Part shown: positions 63,770 to 64,000 of the stretch, piece by piece | How the letters are laid out: the number at the start of each line of letters is the position of its first letter | How positions within the stretch are numbered: the stretch's first letter is position 1 | Assembly (NCBI GenBank): GCA_013239625.1 | Contig: MU053933.1 | Span: 3,215,817 to 3,279,816, forward strand | Source: Lama guanicoe | Taxonomy: Eukaryota | Direction of reading: 5' to 3' | Length of the DNA stretch: 64,000 nucleotides | Notes under the pieces: generated by a model | What the model saw: the letters and a program-made list of their open reading frames with translations, nothing else | Databases searched by the model: none | Told to the model about the DNA's origin: nothing | Position numbers and translations under genes: made by a program

Positions 63770-64000
63770 GGAGCTGCGAGTCCCAGCAACCGCCCAGGGG
63801 CCCTGCGACCCCAACATGCTCGGGAAGAGGCAGGCGTGCCGGGCATCTCCGCCCTAGGCACACGGAAGCACAACGCCCCCGCCGGCCGGCCGTGGGCCCG
63901 GTCGGCCGGGCTCCGCCCGCCTGCACAGGACGGCGGGCTCCCGGGGAGGAAGCCCCGCCCCGGAAGTCGCGTGGCCCTGAGCCGGAAGCGCCCGGAAGCG
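63770..64000. promoter_or_regulatory. Start of a CpG-island promoter with GC box and three ETS/GABP sites (truncated by window end)
   Basis: GCCCCGCCCC 63952-63961; CCGGAAGT 63960-63967; CCGGAAGC 63982-63989 and 63992-63999; dense CpG. Confidence 0.75.

Noticed and set aside
428..64000. COL6A2 exons
   Set aside because: No signal peptide, VWA or Gly-X-Y exons recognisable within the window.

Overview
Mammalian genomic DNA, most likely from a camelid: it carries a tRNA-Ala(AGC)-derived vic-1-type SINE and young L1 3' ends of cetartiodactyl/camelid type. The window opens inside the last coding exon of COL6A1 (C-terminal VWA domain ending ...RKVALG*, + strand, 2-427), followed by its 3'UTR and poly(A) signal. 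I could recognise no other protein-coding exon in the remaining ~63 kb, which by established synteny should be the COL6A1-COL6A2 interval. It alternates GC-rich unique blocks with dense fossil transposons: old L1M, young L1 with TSDs, MaLR/ERV LTRs, MER20, MER63, Charlie1, MIR and L2. Most listed ORFs are chance GC-rich or repeat-derived frames. The most notable items are: (i) an orphan CpG-island promoter at ~17.6-18.7 kb with a symmetric ATTGG-N12-CACGTG-N12-CCAAT core; (ii) a second GABP/Sp1-type promoter truncated at the window end; (iii) an AP-1/ARE motif cluster at 59.8-63.2 kb; (iv) two apparently chimeric retro-insertions flanked by direct repeats; (v) strong AT-to-GC skew in L1 relics. 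I found no convincing novel multi-gene system. Repeat family names come from remembered consensus similarity and need Dfam/RepeatMasker confirmation.
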